From a virus (taxonomy: Duplodnaviria; Caudoviricetes): a stretch of DNA of 64,000 nt. The stretch lies in the IMG/VR virus record IMGVR_UViG_3300048819_000142, positions 1 through 64,000 of that record; one strand, 5' to 3'. Below, piece by piece: positions 44,675 through 55,182 of the stretch. The notes beneath the pieces are model-generated. The model saw only the letters and a program-made list of their open reading frames with translations. It did not search any database and was not told the DNA's origin. A program made the position numbers and the translations under genes. Numbering within the stretch: the first letter of the stretch is position 1; each line of letters begins with the position of its first letter.

Positions 44675-47600
44675 ATGTCTATCGGATCAATCTACGACGC
44701 TAAGGAACTCAGGCTCACATATCAGCCGCTGCTGCTATGCGAGTTTGAATTTCCCAATGGTCAGTTCCTTCGCGTGTCGACACACCCCTTGTCACAAAGG
44801 TACAAGGGTTCGCCGACAGCTGGATCATACGAGTACCAAGGGTATGAGTGGGTTCCCCGAATTGTTAATCAGGACATTGGCGCAACGCAGGCAATGTCTG
44901 ATTTTGGCTTCGACATTCCTCCGCAGATTACCGTGGTTCTTGCTGACCCAGACAAGACAATGTACCTCACGTATGAGAATACGTTGGGATTCAAGGGGGC
45001 AATCCTCAAGGTTTACGCAGCGATGTGGGATGCTGGCAACACAGCAACTGGATCATTCAACAACGATATTCCGATTGTTAAGTTTATTGGCACATGCAGC
45101 GCTTCATCCTTTGATGAGAAAACGCTGACAGTTACTGCCACCAGTCTGCTGAACATGACTCAGCAGCAAATGCCTCCTATTCGCATCCAACCACTATGCG
45201 CGTGGAACTTCCCACCAGATGAAGACGCCCAGCTTGACGGACTCAACAACCCAGACTCCCCCTACTACCAGTGTGGCTATTCATATTCGGTGGGCGGTGT
45301 GGGCAACGCCCAATCAGGCACTTCGGCATTTACCTCTTGTCCACTTAGTAGGGCCGCTTGCGTTCTTCGCCTTGGTAACTCTAGCGGGTCTAACCCCATC
45401 ATGGCAGATAATGCTGGCCACGAAACGGGAAGATTTGGCGGCTATGACTACATGCCGATCCAGAACAATGGTCTGCAGCGGTCGTACTTAACTGGTCAGT
45501 GGGACCTGATCATCAATGCCACTAACGAGGCAAAGTACGGGGACTACATTCCTATCTGCTACGGAACGACGTGGGTACAGCCAGAGGTCATGGGCGTGTA
45601 CGGTGATGGTAACTATACCAGATTCGAGAACCTGCTATGTTTCGGCAAAGTTCAGGAGATCATCACCAACGTCGTAGCCGGAGTCGTTGTTGCCCAGTAC
45701 TCTGCAGGGTCTGCAAGACCTATTAGTAGCCCCAACTACACTAGTAAGTACACTGATAACAACTGGGTCCCGCTGAACAACGGCAGTCGCAACGGACAAA
45801 CTAATAACAACATCGGTTGGAAGAATGCCGGCGATCCTTATGGCAGCGTGTCGGCGATTTTTACTCAGGTGTTATCTTCACTCTCCTCGCCGTCGAGCAT
45901 TCCCCAGATTCAGACTTTGCTTAATGCAGGACAAATCTTCGTTGCAACGGGCACTGTTGGCTGTGACGATTACGTTCAGACGTATTCTTATACCTCCAAC
46001 CCTGCCTGGATCTTGCTTGATATCCTTGTACAAGCTAATTGGAGATACACCGACGTCGACATTCAATCATTCATTGACGCGGCGGCTGTGTGCGATGAGC
46101 AGATCTACTTTAATCGACTCGACGGCACGTACTCAAATGTATACAACGAAGTAGGCAGTTCCGAATATAGGCGCTTCTCTGTTGGTTTTACTGTCAAGCA
46201 ACGCACCTCGATCGGCGAGGTTATTCGCGGTGTCCGCAATGCAATGCGAGCAATGCTGTTCTTCGACTTCAATACTGGTAAGCTAAAGATCCAGATTAAG
46301 TCAACAATCGGTGCACAGCAGCCAAACCCAATCACTGGGTCGAACTACAATACTGCAGTGACGTCCGTTTCCCCCGCTGGAGACGAGATCAACGGTTATG
46401 TTGCGTATCACTTTGACGAGAACAGCATTCGTAAGACTGACGACAATCGGTCAACCCTTCGGCTATATCAGCGACAATTTCAGGAAACTCCCAACAAGGT
46501 AACGTCATACTTCTTCGATCGCGAAAACCAGTACAGCCAGGATATCTCGACTATCATAGATGTTGAGGACGTCAATCGTATTGGTTCGGAGATCGCTGGT
46601 ACGTTTAACCTGCTTGGTCCGCAAACCTACGACCACATGAACCGCGTCACGGCCACGTGGTTCGCTGAAAACTACCGTGGTAATCCTCGACTCGATTACG
46701 AGGGATCGTTTATCGGTGACACAGGCGGAACTATCATGGCTGAGCTTGAAACCTCGGTGAAAGCTCTTCATTTGATGGTTGGCCAGATCGTGCTGCTCTC
46801 TGATTTTCAGACTGCGCTCACTAAGCAACCTTTCCGCGTAATGAAGATTCAGCCATCACAAAACTTTGAGACGGCAAAGATCACTCTGCAGTGGCACAAT
46901 GATAACTGGTATCAAGACACGTTTGGGCAAGGAGCCAACCAGCCAATCTACAAGAACACGATGAACGCCGTTGACCGTCCTCCGTATCCATTGCGCGCTG
47001 GATACTGGGCGGTTGCTTCCAGTCCGTACTATGACCCGACCGAGTACTTCTACCACCTTGCCCAGTTATACGGGCACTCTGACAATCCTGACGCAATCTA
47101 CCCGTCACAGCTGCTGATGCAGACATTTCTTCCTCCTAATTCGTTCACGTCGATTCCGAGGATGCCTAAGATGCAGGTCACTGGTACGGCCGCTGTTAGC
47201 GGTAGTTTTCCAGCAAGTGCCTCCTTTTACTGCTCCGTTGCGTCGACCTCGACTACTGCTGTGTTTACTACCGCCTCGTTCGCCAACGCCATCCCCCTGT
47301 CAGCACTGTCTAATATCTCATCCGTCTTCCTTCCCCCGGGATATAATATGCCGGAATTCAGGGTGCAATCGTGGCCTGATGCCCCAACTGGTTACGCCGT
47401 ATTCGCGGGTGAATCACCGGAGACGATGACGTTGCAAGATACAGGTACGGGCACGCCTGCCGGAATCAGCCTTGCGAGTTCGTTTAAGGTAGGAGCTGTT
47501 GGACCTCCTGATATTGCCTATAACGCCCTGCGGTTTAGGACTAGGTCTGTTGCTCTTAGCGGTATTTGTGAACTAACTTTCTTGCCAACAGCGTCCTATT

Positions 47601-48955
47601 CTAGCGGTACCACCGCGTTGGCGATGGCGATGTATGACGGCGTATCATTTGCTACGAACTCATTAGTTGGTAGGGAAGTATCTTTCATCGGGGGCGAGGA
47701 TAACATCACAGGGAATGGCGGGGTTAGCGGTGGCGATGTTATCATGGATTTTACGATTGTAGCAAACGACGGCAACACAATGCACGTCATTGATCCTGAG
47801 CCTGATGACTTTCTTGACGGAACCCTACTAGTTGAAAATATGCTTGCCGGTACGTACGCTAATACATATGGACCCACAACCTGGACCATTCGTATGAAAC
47901 CGACGTATGGCAGCGACGACAATGGAAACTACTTTGACGATTCCTTGCTCGTTAATCCGATGGCGCAGATCACTCCTGGGTGTGTAGTTACTGACGCAAC
48001 TAACACCTCCCCCATCACTATTACAGTTGATGACACTACTAACATCTTTAATGGTAACGTTATTGTTCTACAGGGAGTAAAGGGCAATACTGCAGCTAAT
48101 GGTCGATGGACGCTTGGCAGTGTCAGCGGCAACACTGCCCAGCTCGTTGGGTCTACAGGGAACGGAGCATTCTCTGGTAACGGCATCCTCTTTCAGCAGA
48201 CGTACGGACCGCTCTCTGGCAATAACATGGGTGCGTTCATATTCGCTGGGACTGGTAGAAATACCTTTGTTCCGATCTCTGCTTTCAGTGGGACCCGTGC
48301 ATACATTCAGGGGGACTGGCCGGGTGGAGTTACGCCTGATAGTACATCGCGAATCATCTTGCTGAATATGGACTATCTCACCGACCAGGCGACAACTCCG
48401 CTTGCGATTAAATTCTTTGGTCAGATGGGAGTGTTCTACATAGATGCTTCGTCATATCCCAAGAATCAGTCAGTGTTGTTCCAAGTTGCAAAGCAGTCCA
48501 TTGACAATGTGACGCTGAGTTCTCCAGTCCTTGATCAATATAGGGAACTGTACATATCCAACCGCTTCCTGTTCGATGGCGCGCTCGTTATGAACGTGCA
48601 GGGTACCTTGGCCATTGGTAACAACCAAGGCCAGCCCATACAGACTAGCCTTAACTCCATTCCAGTGACGATCGTACTTCAGATGGGAACTGCTGCAGAT
48701 GCACCAGTATCTGTAGACATTAACTGCGGCGGGGTGACTATTGCCTCCATAACAATTCTTACCGGAGATCTTATTGCTGAGGGCAATGTTTACTTGCAAG
48801 CTTATACTAGTGGTGTATCCCAATCGCAGGTGAGCCTTTTCCCTCCATGGTCTAGGCTGATGGGCGGGCGACCAATAACGTTGGATATAACTTCTGTTGG
48901 GTCGACTGCTCCTGGAGCAGATCTTACGGCTACTATATACTTTATTTCTGAATAA
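44675..48955 (+). CDS. Tail tip / baseplate hub-central fibre protein
   Basis: C.W.F...CGY...C...C; PICYGT; SNPAWILLD.L...D.QSF..AA..CD; fibre-like C-terminus. Confidence 0.8.
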   Translation: MSIGSIYDAKELRLTYQPLLLCEFEFPNGQFLRVSTHPLSQRYKGSPTAGSYEYQGYEWVPRIVNQDIGATQAMSDFGFDIPPQITVVLADPDKTMYLTYENTLGFKGAILKVYAAMWDAGNTATGSFNNDIPIVKFIGTCSASSFDEKTLTVTATSLLNMTQQQMPPIRIQPLCAWNFPPDEDAQLDGLNNPDSPYYQCGYSYSVGGVGNAQSGTSAFTSCPLSRAACVLRLGNSSGSNPIMADNAGHETGRFGGYDYMPIQNNGLQRSYLTGQWDLIINATNEAKYGDYIPICYGTTWVQPEVMGVYGDGNYTRFENLLCFGKVQEIITNVVAGVVVAQYSAGSARPISSPNYTSKYTDNNWVPLNNGSRNGQTNNNIGWKNAGDPYGSVSAIFTQVLSSLSSPSSIPQIQTLLNAGQIFVATGTVGCDDYVQTYSYTSNPAWILLDILVQANWRYTDVDIQSFIDAAAVCDEQIYFNRLDGTYSNVYNEVGSSEYRRFSVGFTVKQRTSIGEVIRGVRNAMRAMLFFDFNTGKLKIQIKSTIGAQQPNPITGSNYNTAVTSVSPAGDEINGYVAYHFDENSIRKTDDNRSTLRLYQRQFQETPNKVTSYFFDRENQYSQDISTIIDVEDVNRIGSEIAGTFNLLGPQTYDHMNRVTATWFAENYRGNPRLDYEGSFIGDTGGTIMAELETSVKALHLMVGQIVLLSDFQTALTKQPFRVMKIQPSQNFETAKITLQWHNDNWYQDTFGQGANQPIYKNTMNAVDRPPYPLRAGYWAVASSPYYDPTEYFYHLAQLYGHSDNPDAIYPSQLLMQTFLPPNSFTSIPRMPKMQVTGTAAVSGSFPASASFYCSVASTSTTAVFTTASFANAIPLSALSNISSVFLPPGYNMPEFRVQSWPDAPTGYAVFAGESPETMTLQDTGTGTPAGISLASSFKVGAVGPPDIAYNALRFRTRSVALSGICELTFLPTASYSSGTTALAMAMYDGVSFATNSLVGREVSFIGGEDNITGNGGVSGGDVIMDFTIVANDGNTMHVIDPEPDDFLDGTLLVENMLAGTYANTYGPTTWTIRMKPTYGSDDNGNYFDDSLLVNPMAQITPGCVVTDATNTSPITITVDDTTNIFNGNVIVLQGVKGNTAANGRWTLGSVSGNTAQLVGSTGNGAFSGNGILFQQTYGPLSGNNMGAFIFAGTGRNTFVPISAFSGTRAYIQGDWPGGVTPDSTSRIILLNMDYLTDQATTPLAIKFFGQMGVFYIDASSYPKNQSVLFQVAKQSIDNVTLSSPVLDQYRELYISNRFLFDGALVMNVQGTLAIGNNQGQPIQTSLNSIPVTIVLQMGTAADAPVSVDINCGGVTIASITILTGDLIAEGNVYLQAYTSGVSQSQVSLFPPWSRLMGGRPITLDITSVGSTAPGADLTATIYFISE

Positions 48956-48957
48956 AA

Positions 48958-51900
48958 ATGTCTGAAGCAATCTTTAAATTTCAACCGCACAGGACAATGT
49001 ATCTTCGAGGATTTGACAGGCGAGGATGCTCTGCCGCCATTACTAACTCGTCATCGAGTGGGTTCAACGTCTCCGGAGTGTTTAGCGATATAGCTGATTT
49101 TGTTGTGCTGATGCTGTTTGACGCTGACGACCTATTCGGACACCTATACACCACCAAGTATCTCCCCGACTTTGACCTGACTGGAGTTATTGTCGATTTC
49201 GACGTCGCCATAACCAATGGGATGTATCCCGGAAGTCTAAAGTTTCCCTCAGTACCATGGAATGCCGTGAGTTTCCTTGATACCAGTAACACGCTGCATT
49301 CAGTCCCCCTGAATATCACCTCCACCTCGGGACTGGCCAATGCGTTAGTGACTTTTACTGTGGTAGGGTCCACGCCAAGTATCTTTGACCGTGTGCAGCT
49401 GATATACCTTGGTGATACGGTGTTTGAGTACATAGTACCTGGTTCCCACAGCGTGACCATGAGTTACTTTGGCGGAACACCGCTTAAGGTGCACTCAATA
49501 AAGATCGGTACCAATACTTATTCTTATACGGAATCTGCTCTTGGCGATCCTAGTAATACTGTTGCTATAAATTTGGCCGCCGTCGTTAATGCTGGTGCTG
49601 GCGACACTAACGGACTCGCCACGGCTGTCACAAACACCATAGTTGTGACAGCCAACGCTAATACTGGCATAACTGTGGTTGTTGGTGATGCTGGAACGGA
49701 TGGGAATGGTACGGGAACACTTTGGGTAGCCAACAGCCCAACGAACTTCATTGCCAAAAATCTTGCAACGCAGATAAATGCGGCGACATCTTCAACAGTT
49801 CCACTCACCGCTACCTTCACTGGCGCAACGTTTACTGTGACAGCTACAGTCCCAGGATTTGACGGCAATACCATCGAGTTGATGGAGATCCACAAGACTT
49901 CGACGTTGGAACTAAGCCCATCGGGAAATGTAAAACTCGCGAGTGGTGCCGACCCAAGTTCTTTCCACGTTACGATAGATTTTTCTTCACATCCCTTAAT
50001 TAGGCAGTGCTGGCTGACGTTAGCTCCCAATCTTCCGATAGACTATACGACGACTCCCACGAGGACACTGGAGCCATTTGTCCCGAAAGAATTCCTGTAC
50101 AAATTCTCCTCACTGTCTATAACAGATCCCGGCAGCAAGACACCGTTAAGAGTGGCTGGGCTGGACTCAATTGTGTGCGATTCAAGTAATGCGCAATATG
50201 CTGGATCCTGGACTCAGGCCTCTGGATTCTACCATTGGGGATTTGCCAAGTACTCCTCTACCGCTGGATCCTCAGTTATGATCAGGTACACGTGCGGTGT
50301 ATCTCATGACCTTTATTTAGGAACGTCGCTTAATTCGGGGGGCGGGACTTTTTCGGTGACCTTGGATGGGTCGCCACTCCCTGATATAGACACATTTCTA
50401 AATGTTGGTACACCACTTCAGACTAGGAGAGTGGTAACGTCTGGGGTTGCTGCAGGAACACATGTGCTAGTGCTGACTGTTAAGTTCTCAGGTGTCACCT
50501 GCTTTTTTGACTTCCTACATGCTGTAAGCCCCTCTGATGTTCAGGACCCAGCTACTACATATCCAGACATCGGTGCAGCTTTTGACTATGACACAGATCA
50601 AACGTACAAGCTATCCCCCCAGAGGTCAATTTGGGTTGCAAGGAAGGCGGGATTCCTTGGTGACCTAGACCTATACTCTGGCGTATTCTTCGCCTTAAAG
50701 AGGATCCGCCTGGGCGGATCATTTCATCAGACTGTGGCGACATTGACTGGCGCGTTTTCCTGGGGAACCGGATTTGCCGACGGTGATGGGATATCCTGCA
50801 CCGTTAGTGGCATTACGTTTAACGTCGTGGTATATCCTGCAGACACGTTGGTAACAATAGCCCAACGGTTTGTCAACGGCATAAATAGCATGTTTGTCGG
50901 GATATGGGCGGATGTTGACGCAGTCACGCCAGGGAAATTCGCCATAACTTCCCTGACACCAATAAACGGGTTCACCATAACATTTAGTTATACGCCGTCT
51001 TCTCCATCATGGAGCTCAACGCACGCGTATGGTATAGGCGATTGGGTCATTTCAGGAGGACACTTGTACCAGGGACTCATGGCGGCGAACACTAACAATA
51101 CGCCAGCGAGTTCTCCAACATGGTGGCAGGATTTCGGCGTCATTGGTTCTATCACTAGCGCGGGTGATGTGCTTGCTGGAAATGAGGGAACGTGGCAAGT
51201 TGATTCCTCCCAAAGTAGCCCTATAAATAGGGCGTTCTCGGATTTTTTGGGTAACTTCTGCGCTGAGTTGCTGGCAAACTCAATGACCTGCACCGTGGCA
51301 TGGTCGCAGGAGTTGCTGAATCCTCCCGATGATAACACCACCAGTGGGGCGTGGGTTCAGAGGTTTTCTGATGGGTCACTGGTTCTCACATCAACAGGTT
51401 TTGGCACGTGGGGAGCTGGCTTCGTGGAGGCAAACAGCGGAGGAAACATACAGCAGACTGGTCACGGGTATTCAACAGGTTTTATAGTCAATATTGCGTC
51501 AGGTTCGGGCAGTGGCTCCTGGGTAATTACTGTGACGGACGCAGATAGCTACTCCCTAACAGCTGAATTGGCAAATTCTGGGTCGTATACTCCCACAGCT
51601 GGAGATTCTACTTCTGCTGAACTACAGACAGTTCAGTGCGCCTTTAACCCAAGTACGGTAACGCCATACATGCAAAACGTGTACTTGCAAACAGCCTCAA
51701 TAATGTCTTCTGCCTCGGCAACGCCATCTTTGCAGCTTGGAGAAATTGGACACTGGTTTTTTTCCAAGCCCACGGTATATGCTGGATCAATAGTAAACTC
51801 GCTGGCCATCTCAGGGTTCGCAGATTCTTCGGGTCTAGTCGAGGTGCAGACCCCAGTAGCCCATGGTTTTTCTACCGGGCAAACTGCCATATTAGCTGGA

Positions 51901-52686
51901 ACAGGAATTGTTGACGGCACGCTGACTATAACTGTTGTCGACGGAACACACTTCACTGTTAATGGCAGCTCGTGGCCTGGTGGCTCTCCCGGTGCGATTG
52001 GCACTGTTTCTGGTGGCGGCATGGCATACTACGATGCTAACCAAACAGCGGCTGCTAGTTCTTCCCTAGGCCATGCGTTGGGAGCATTCTTCACACAGGA
52101 CGACGATCCTTCGCTTGTGAATTCTGGCGCTGACGCCACCTTCCTAGCTGGTCGGGTCAAGGCGCACACGGACACAATCATTGCTGCAGTACTTACTACA
52201 TATGGTACCGCTAAGTTTGAATTATTGTTTCCGTTCGACGTAGATTTCTACACCTGCTATTATACTGATATCCTGCCATTTCCGCAGGGCGGCAGGATGA
52301 ACTTCGCTGTCAACTTGCCATCAGGCTGGAAGACGAAGAGTGGTAGTGGGTTTGATCGATTCAAGATTGAGGGACTATCGTGGGGAGCGACGTTTAGGAA
52401 CCTGGAGAATGCTAAAGTAACTGCTCAGTACCCGTACGCTGGACTGAGCTGGCCTAAGTCTGATATGCGGTACCTGATTCCGTGGTTTAACGGCGGGTGT
52501 CCATGGAGATCAGAATTCACGTTTAATAATCGGGTAGGAACTCCCTTCTTAAACTTCTGGGCGTTTGACCATTTCGTGCTCCTTAGTTGGGAAGTACCAC
52601 TGAAGCAGGTTTTCCCGCGATCCAATGCTCACGTCAAGAACAAGGTGTCGACTAGTGCAAGGCCCAGGGTTGTCCAAGTACGGTAA
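48958..52686 (+). CDS. Large tail-associated protein, non-contractile tail sheath / TIM-barrel-like, with CBM5/12-like and FCCH-like inserts
   Basis: AWSQEL...W.QR..DG..V.T, LQLGE..HWFF; WSST.AY..GD.V...G.LY.......P.SSPTWW. Confidence 0.65.
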   Translation: MSEAIFKFQPHRTMYLRGFDRRGCSAAITNSSSSGFNVSGVFSDIADFVVLMLFDADDLFGHLYTTKYLPDFDLTGVIVDFDVAITNGMYPGSLKFPSVPWNAVSFLDTSNTLHSVPLNITSTSGLANALVTFTVVGSTPSIFDRVQLIYLGDTVFEYIVPGSHSVTMSYFGGTPLKVHSIKIGTNTYSYTESALGDPSNTVAINLAAVVNAGAGDTNGLATAVTNTIVVTANANTGITVVVGDAGTDGNGTGTLWVANSPTNFIAKNLATQINAATSSTVPLTATFTGATFTVTATVPGFDGNTIELMEIHKTSTLELSPSGNVKLASGADPSSFHVTIDFSSHPLIRQCWLTLAPNLPIDYTTTPTRTLEPFVPKEFLYKFSSLSITDPGSKTPLRVAGLDSIVCDSSNAQYAGSWTQASGFYHWGFAKYSSTAGSSVMIRYTCGVSHDLYLGTSLNSGGGTFSVTLDGSPLPDIDTFLNVGTPLQTRRVVTSGVAAGTHVLVLTVKFSGVTCFFDFLHAVSPSDVQDPATTYPDIGAAFDYDTDQTYKLSPQRSIWVARKAGFLGDLDLYSGVFFALKRIRLGGSFHQTVATLTGAFSWGTGFADGDGISCTVSGITFNVVVYPADTLVTIAQRFVNGINSMFVGIWADVDAVTPGKFAITSLTPINGFTITFSYTPSSPSWSSTHAYGIGDWVISGGHLYQGLMAANTNNTPASSPTWWQDFGVIGSITSAGDVLAGNEGTWQVDSSQSSPINRAFSDFLGNFCAELLANSMTCTVAWSQELLNPPDDNTTSGAWVQRFSDGSLVLTSTGFGTWGAGFVEANSGGNIQQTGHGYSTGFIVNIASGSGSGSWVITVTDADSYSLTAELANSGSYTPTAGDSTSAELQTVQCAFNPSTVTPYMQNVYLQTASIMSSASATPSLQLGEIGHWFFSKPTVYAGSIVNSLAISGFADSSGLVEVQTPVAHGFSTGQTAILAGTGIVDGTLTITVVDGTHFTVNGSSWPGGSPGAIGTVSGGGMAYYDANQTAAASSSLGHALGAFFTQDDDPSLVNSGADATFLAGRVKAHTDTIIAAVLTTYGTAKFELLFPFDVDFYTCYYTDILPFPQGGRMNFAVNLPSGWKTKSGSGFDRFKIEGLSWGATFRNLENAKVTAQYPYAGLSWPKSDMRYLIPWFNGGCPWRSEFTFNNRVGTPFLNFWAFDHFVLLSWEVPLKQVFPRSNAHVKNKVSTSARPRVVQVR

Positions 52687-52733
52687 GTTTAATGTGTCCT
52701 GGACAATACATCTTGTGTTAAAATTGTTTAAGT

Positions 52734-52769
52734 TAGGGGCCCGAACTCCAATTCGGGGCTCCTCTCTTT
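52734..52769 (+). terminator. Hairpin / possible terminator between tail and holin genes
   Basis: AGGGGCCCGAA...TTCGGGGCTCCT followed by CTCTTT. Confidence 0.45.
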
Positions 52770-52781
52770 GAGGGTCGATAT

Positions 52782-53240
52782 TTGACGATGGATCGATCAA
52801 TCATGACAGAATACCGGGATGAAGCTATCGACGCTTCGAAATTCCTTGTTGGCGTGGCCGTCTCACTTTTCATGAAAATGCCACACGCGCTACAAGTTTT
52901 ATTCTGGGTAATGATAGCGGACCTGATTTCGGGTATCATTGCCAGTGGTATCAAGAAGCAGCTCTGCAGCGCACGCGGGTATGTTGGGGCTAAGAAGAAA
53001 ACCCTGATGTGGATCATGCTTGGCGTGGCGCACTTGGCGAATCAGACTATTAACTTCGGAGTCGATTTTGACTCAGCGCTGGCGATATACTTCATCATCA
53101 ACGAGATCTTGTCTGTGGCTGAAAACTGCAATCGTGCAGGAGTTAAGCTACCGGATTGGTTGGAGACGAGGCTTGTTGCTGCGAGGGATATGGATCCTGG
53201 TGCGGGTGAACACGGCAAAACAAAGTCGCAAAACGCTTAG
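52782..53240 (+). CDS. Holin (phage holin 4_1-like)
   Basis: D.ISG......L.S..GY.G..KK...NE..S..EN....GV.LP.WL. Confidence 0.85.
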   Translation: MTMDRSIMTEYRDEAIDASKFLVGVAVSLFMKMPHALQVLFWVMIADLISGIIASGIKKQLCSARGYVGAKKKTLMWIMLGVAHLANQTINFGVDFDSALAIYFIINEILSVAENCNRAGVKLPDWLETRLVAARDMDPGAGEHGKTKSQNA

Positions 53241-53428
53241 TTAATTCGGACACACTCAACAGAGAATTTTTGACCATAGGTCAATATCTCTTAGGTTCAT
53301 TGGTTTCACAGACATTCATCTTCGTTGCGGAGGGGATGACCAAAATGACATACTGCCATCACCTTGGTCATCCTTGAGTCCACTTGATATATCGCAGATA
53401 TACACTACCGACTCAGTATTTATTTGCC

Positions 53429-54928
53429 CTAGATCCCTTCTCCGATTAGCCAGCGCCAATTGGAGGAAACGATTTCATCGGTCAGTTTTTTCTTGTTCTT
53501 CAGTACACGGATGATCTTGTCGTCCACGGTGCCCCTGGTGCGTAGATCAATGTACAACACAGAGGGATTCTCGCCCGGTGCATGTATTGCGCCCTTCTGC
53601 CCGATTCGATGCGCACGATCTTCAGACTGTTCCCTGGCCTCCAGATTATAGCTGTTGGAGTAGTATATAACGGTTGTGGCTTGCGTCCATGTGTTGCCCC
53701 ACTTACCTGTGTCGGGATTGGAGACCATGAATCGGACCGGGGACTCTGGATCCTGGAAAGCTTTTTTCGCGTACCGCCTATCGTCATCATCGGTATCACC
53801 ATAATACTCGACGACCGACTGCTTGCCGAATTTTTCGTGAATACCAGCGAGAATCTGCCGTATGTTGTAGCGATAGTTGGCCCAGATGATTACCTTGCCA
53901 GGGGCCTGGCCGAGGAGGTTCATCAGTGTCTCAAGCCTCTCGTTTGGCTCACCGAATGGGACCTCCTCCATGTGGTCCGGCTTCAAGAACCCGCAGGCAA
54001 TCTGGTGAAGGCGAAGGAGCTGGGTAATGACCATTTGTGCGGTAACCTGAGACCCGTCCTCGAGCATCATGTAAGCGTCTTCCAACATCTTATTGTATGC
54101 TTCGGTCTGCCTTGGGCCCATGCCGATGTCAATGGACTGGTAGACCTTCGGAGGAAGATCCAGGCAATCAGCCTTCTTGATAATGAACGAGAACTGGCGC
54201 ATCAATCGCTTGAGCGCCTCCAGATCTCGGTAGCCAACCACCTTGTTGAATGATTGCTTGCCGAGTTTTTGCTCTTGCATGACTGCGAATCGGTTACGGT
54301 ACGCAAAGTAATTCGCGAAGCCCATCTGGTTGCGCTTCAGGAATTCGCTCTGACTGTACAGATCCAACGGGCCGTTGGGTATTGGATTACCGCTGCAGAT
54401 TCGTCGGTACTTGGCATACTTCCCGACGTTGATCATGATCTTTGTGCGTTTCGCATTGGGATTCTTGATCGTAGTTGATTCGTCGACGGTCGTTATCGTC
54501 GGAAATTTCTGCATAAACTTGACGACCTCTTCGACCGCCTTCTCACTGTTCATCGCCTCGATGTTAACCACCAGTGTCCTCAGGAAGTTGCCCTCCTGGT
54601 AGAGTTTGCGAATAGCGTCCCGCTCATCCTTCCTGGCATAGGACGACCAGTAGGCAACCTCATGCTTCACTGCGTCAGTCATGTGGGTTGGGAGCTCACT
54701 CTCTACCCAGTTCAAGTACACGCCCTTGGGGGCGACGATTACCTGCCCTTGCACTTTTCCTGACATGTGGAGGTATGCCGCGTTGTCGATGATGACCTTG
54801 CTCTTTCCAGTGCCCATCTCCATAAAGAGTGCATAGGATTCCCGATCCTTGCACAGGCGCCAGCAGTCTAGCTGGTGCTTGTAGGGGTCCTTCTTGAACG
54901 GAAATTCTGTGTACGTTATCTCACCCAT
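53429..54928 (-). CDS. SNF2-family helicase
   Basis: MEMGTGKS, VDEST.IKN, SG.PI.N.PLDLY, QSEDRAHRIGQ. Confidence 0.92.
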   Translation of the reverse strand: MGEITYTEFPFKKDPYKHQLDCWRLCKDRESYALFMEMGTGKSKVIIDNAAYLHMSGKVQGQVIVAPKGVYLNWVESELPTHMTDAVKHEVAYWSSYARKDERDAIRKLYQEGNFLRTLVVNIEAMNSEKAVEEVVKFMQKFPTITTVDESTTIKNPNAKRTKIMINVGKYAKYRRICSGNPIPNGPLDLYSQSEFLKRNQMGFANYFAYRNRFAVMQEQKLGKQSFNKVVGYRDLEALKRLMRQFSFIIKKADCLDLPPKVYQSIDIGMGPRQTEAYNKMLEDAYMMLEDGSQVTAQMVITQLLRLHQIACGFLKPDHMEEVPFGEPNERLETLMNLLGQAPGKVIIWANYRYNIRQILAGIHEKFGKQSVVEYYGDTDDDDRRYAKKAFQDPESPVRFMVSNPDTGKWGNTWTQATTVIYYSNSYNLEAREQSEDRAHRIGQKGAIHAPGENPSVLYIDLRTRGTVDDKIIRVLKNKKKLTDEIVSSNWRWLIGEGI

Positions 54929-55141
54929 GTCTGTGCATCCCCGAAGATTAGCCTCTCCACGTTCTTCCTTGGCATAGAGGCTAAGTAAGAACTTTGTCTT
55001 TGGGCTCGGGCGACAGCTCGTCGCCGGCCCCATGCTCGAAAAAACCGAACTGTTGCTGTGAACATAAAGGTTATAAGTTTAAGGTGGTGTTACCATTGTA
55101 ACATACTTTTAGCTGTATGTTTCTATGTACCGCAGCGGACC

Positions 55142-55175
55142 TGACCATATTTGGTCATCTGACCATATTTGGTCA
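55142..55175. promoter_or_regulatory. Tandem palindromic operator-like sites TGACCA-N4-TGGTCA x2
   Basis: 55142-55157 and 55160-55175, upstream of TG-T-TACAAT (minus strand, about 55096-55104). Confidence 0.65.
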
Positions 55176-55182
55176 CCTGTTT

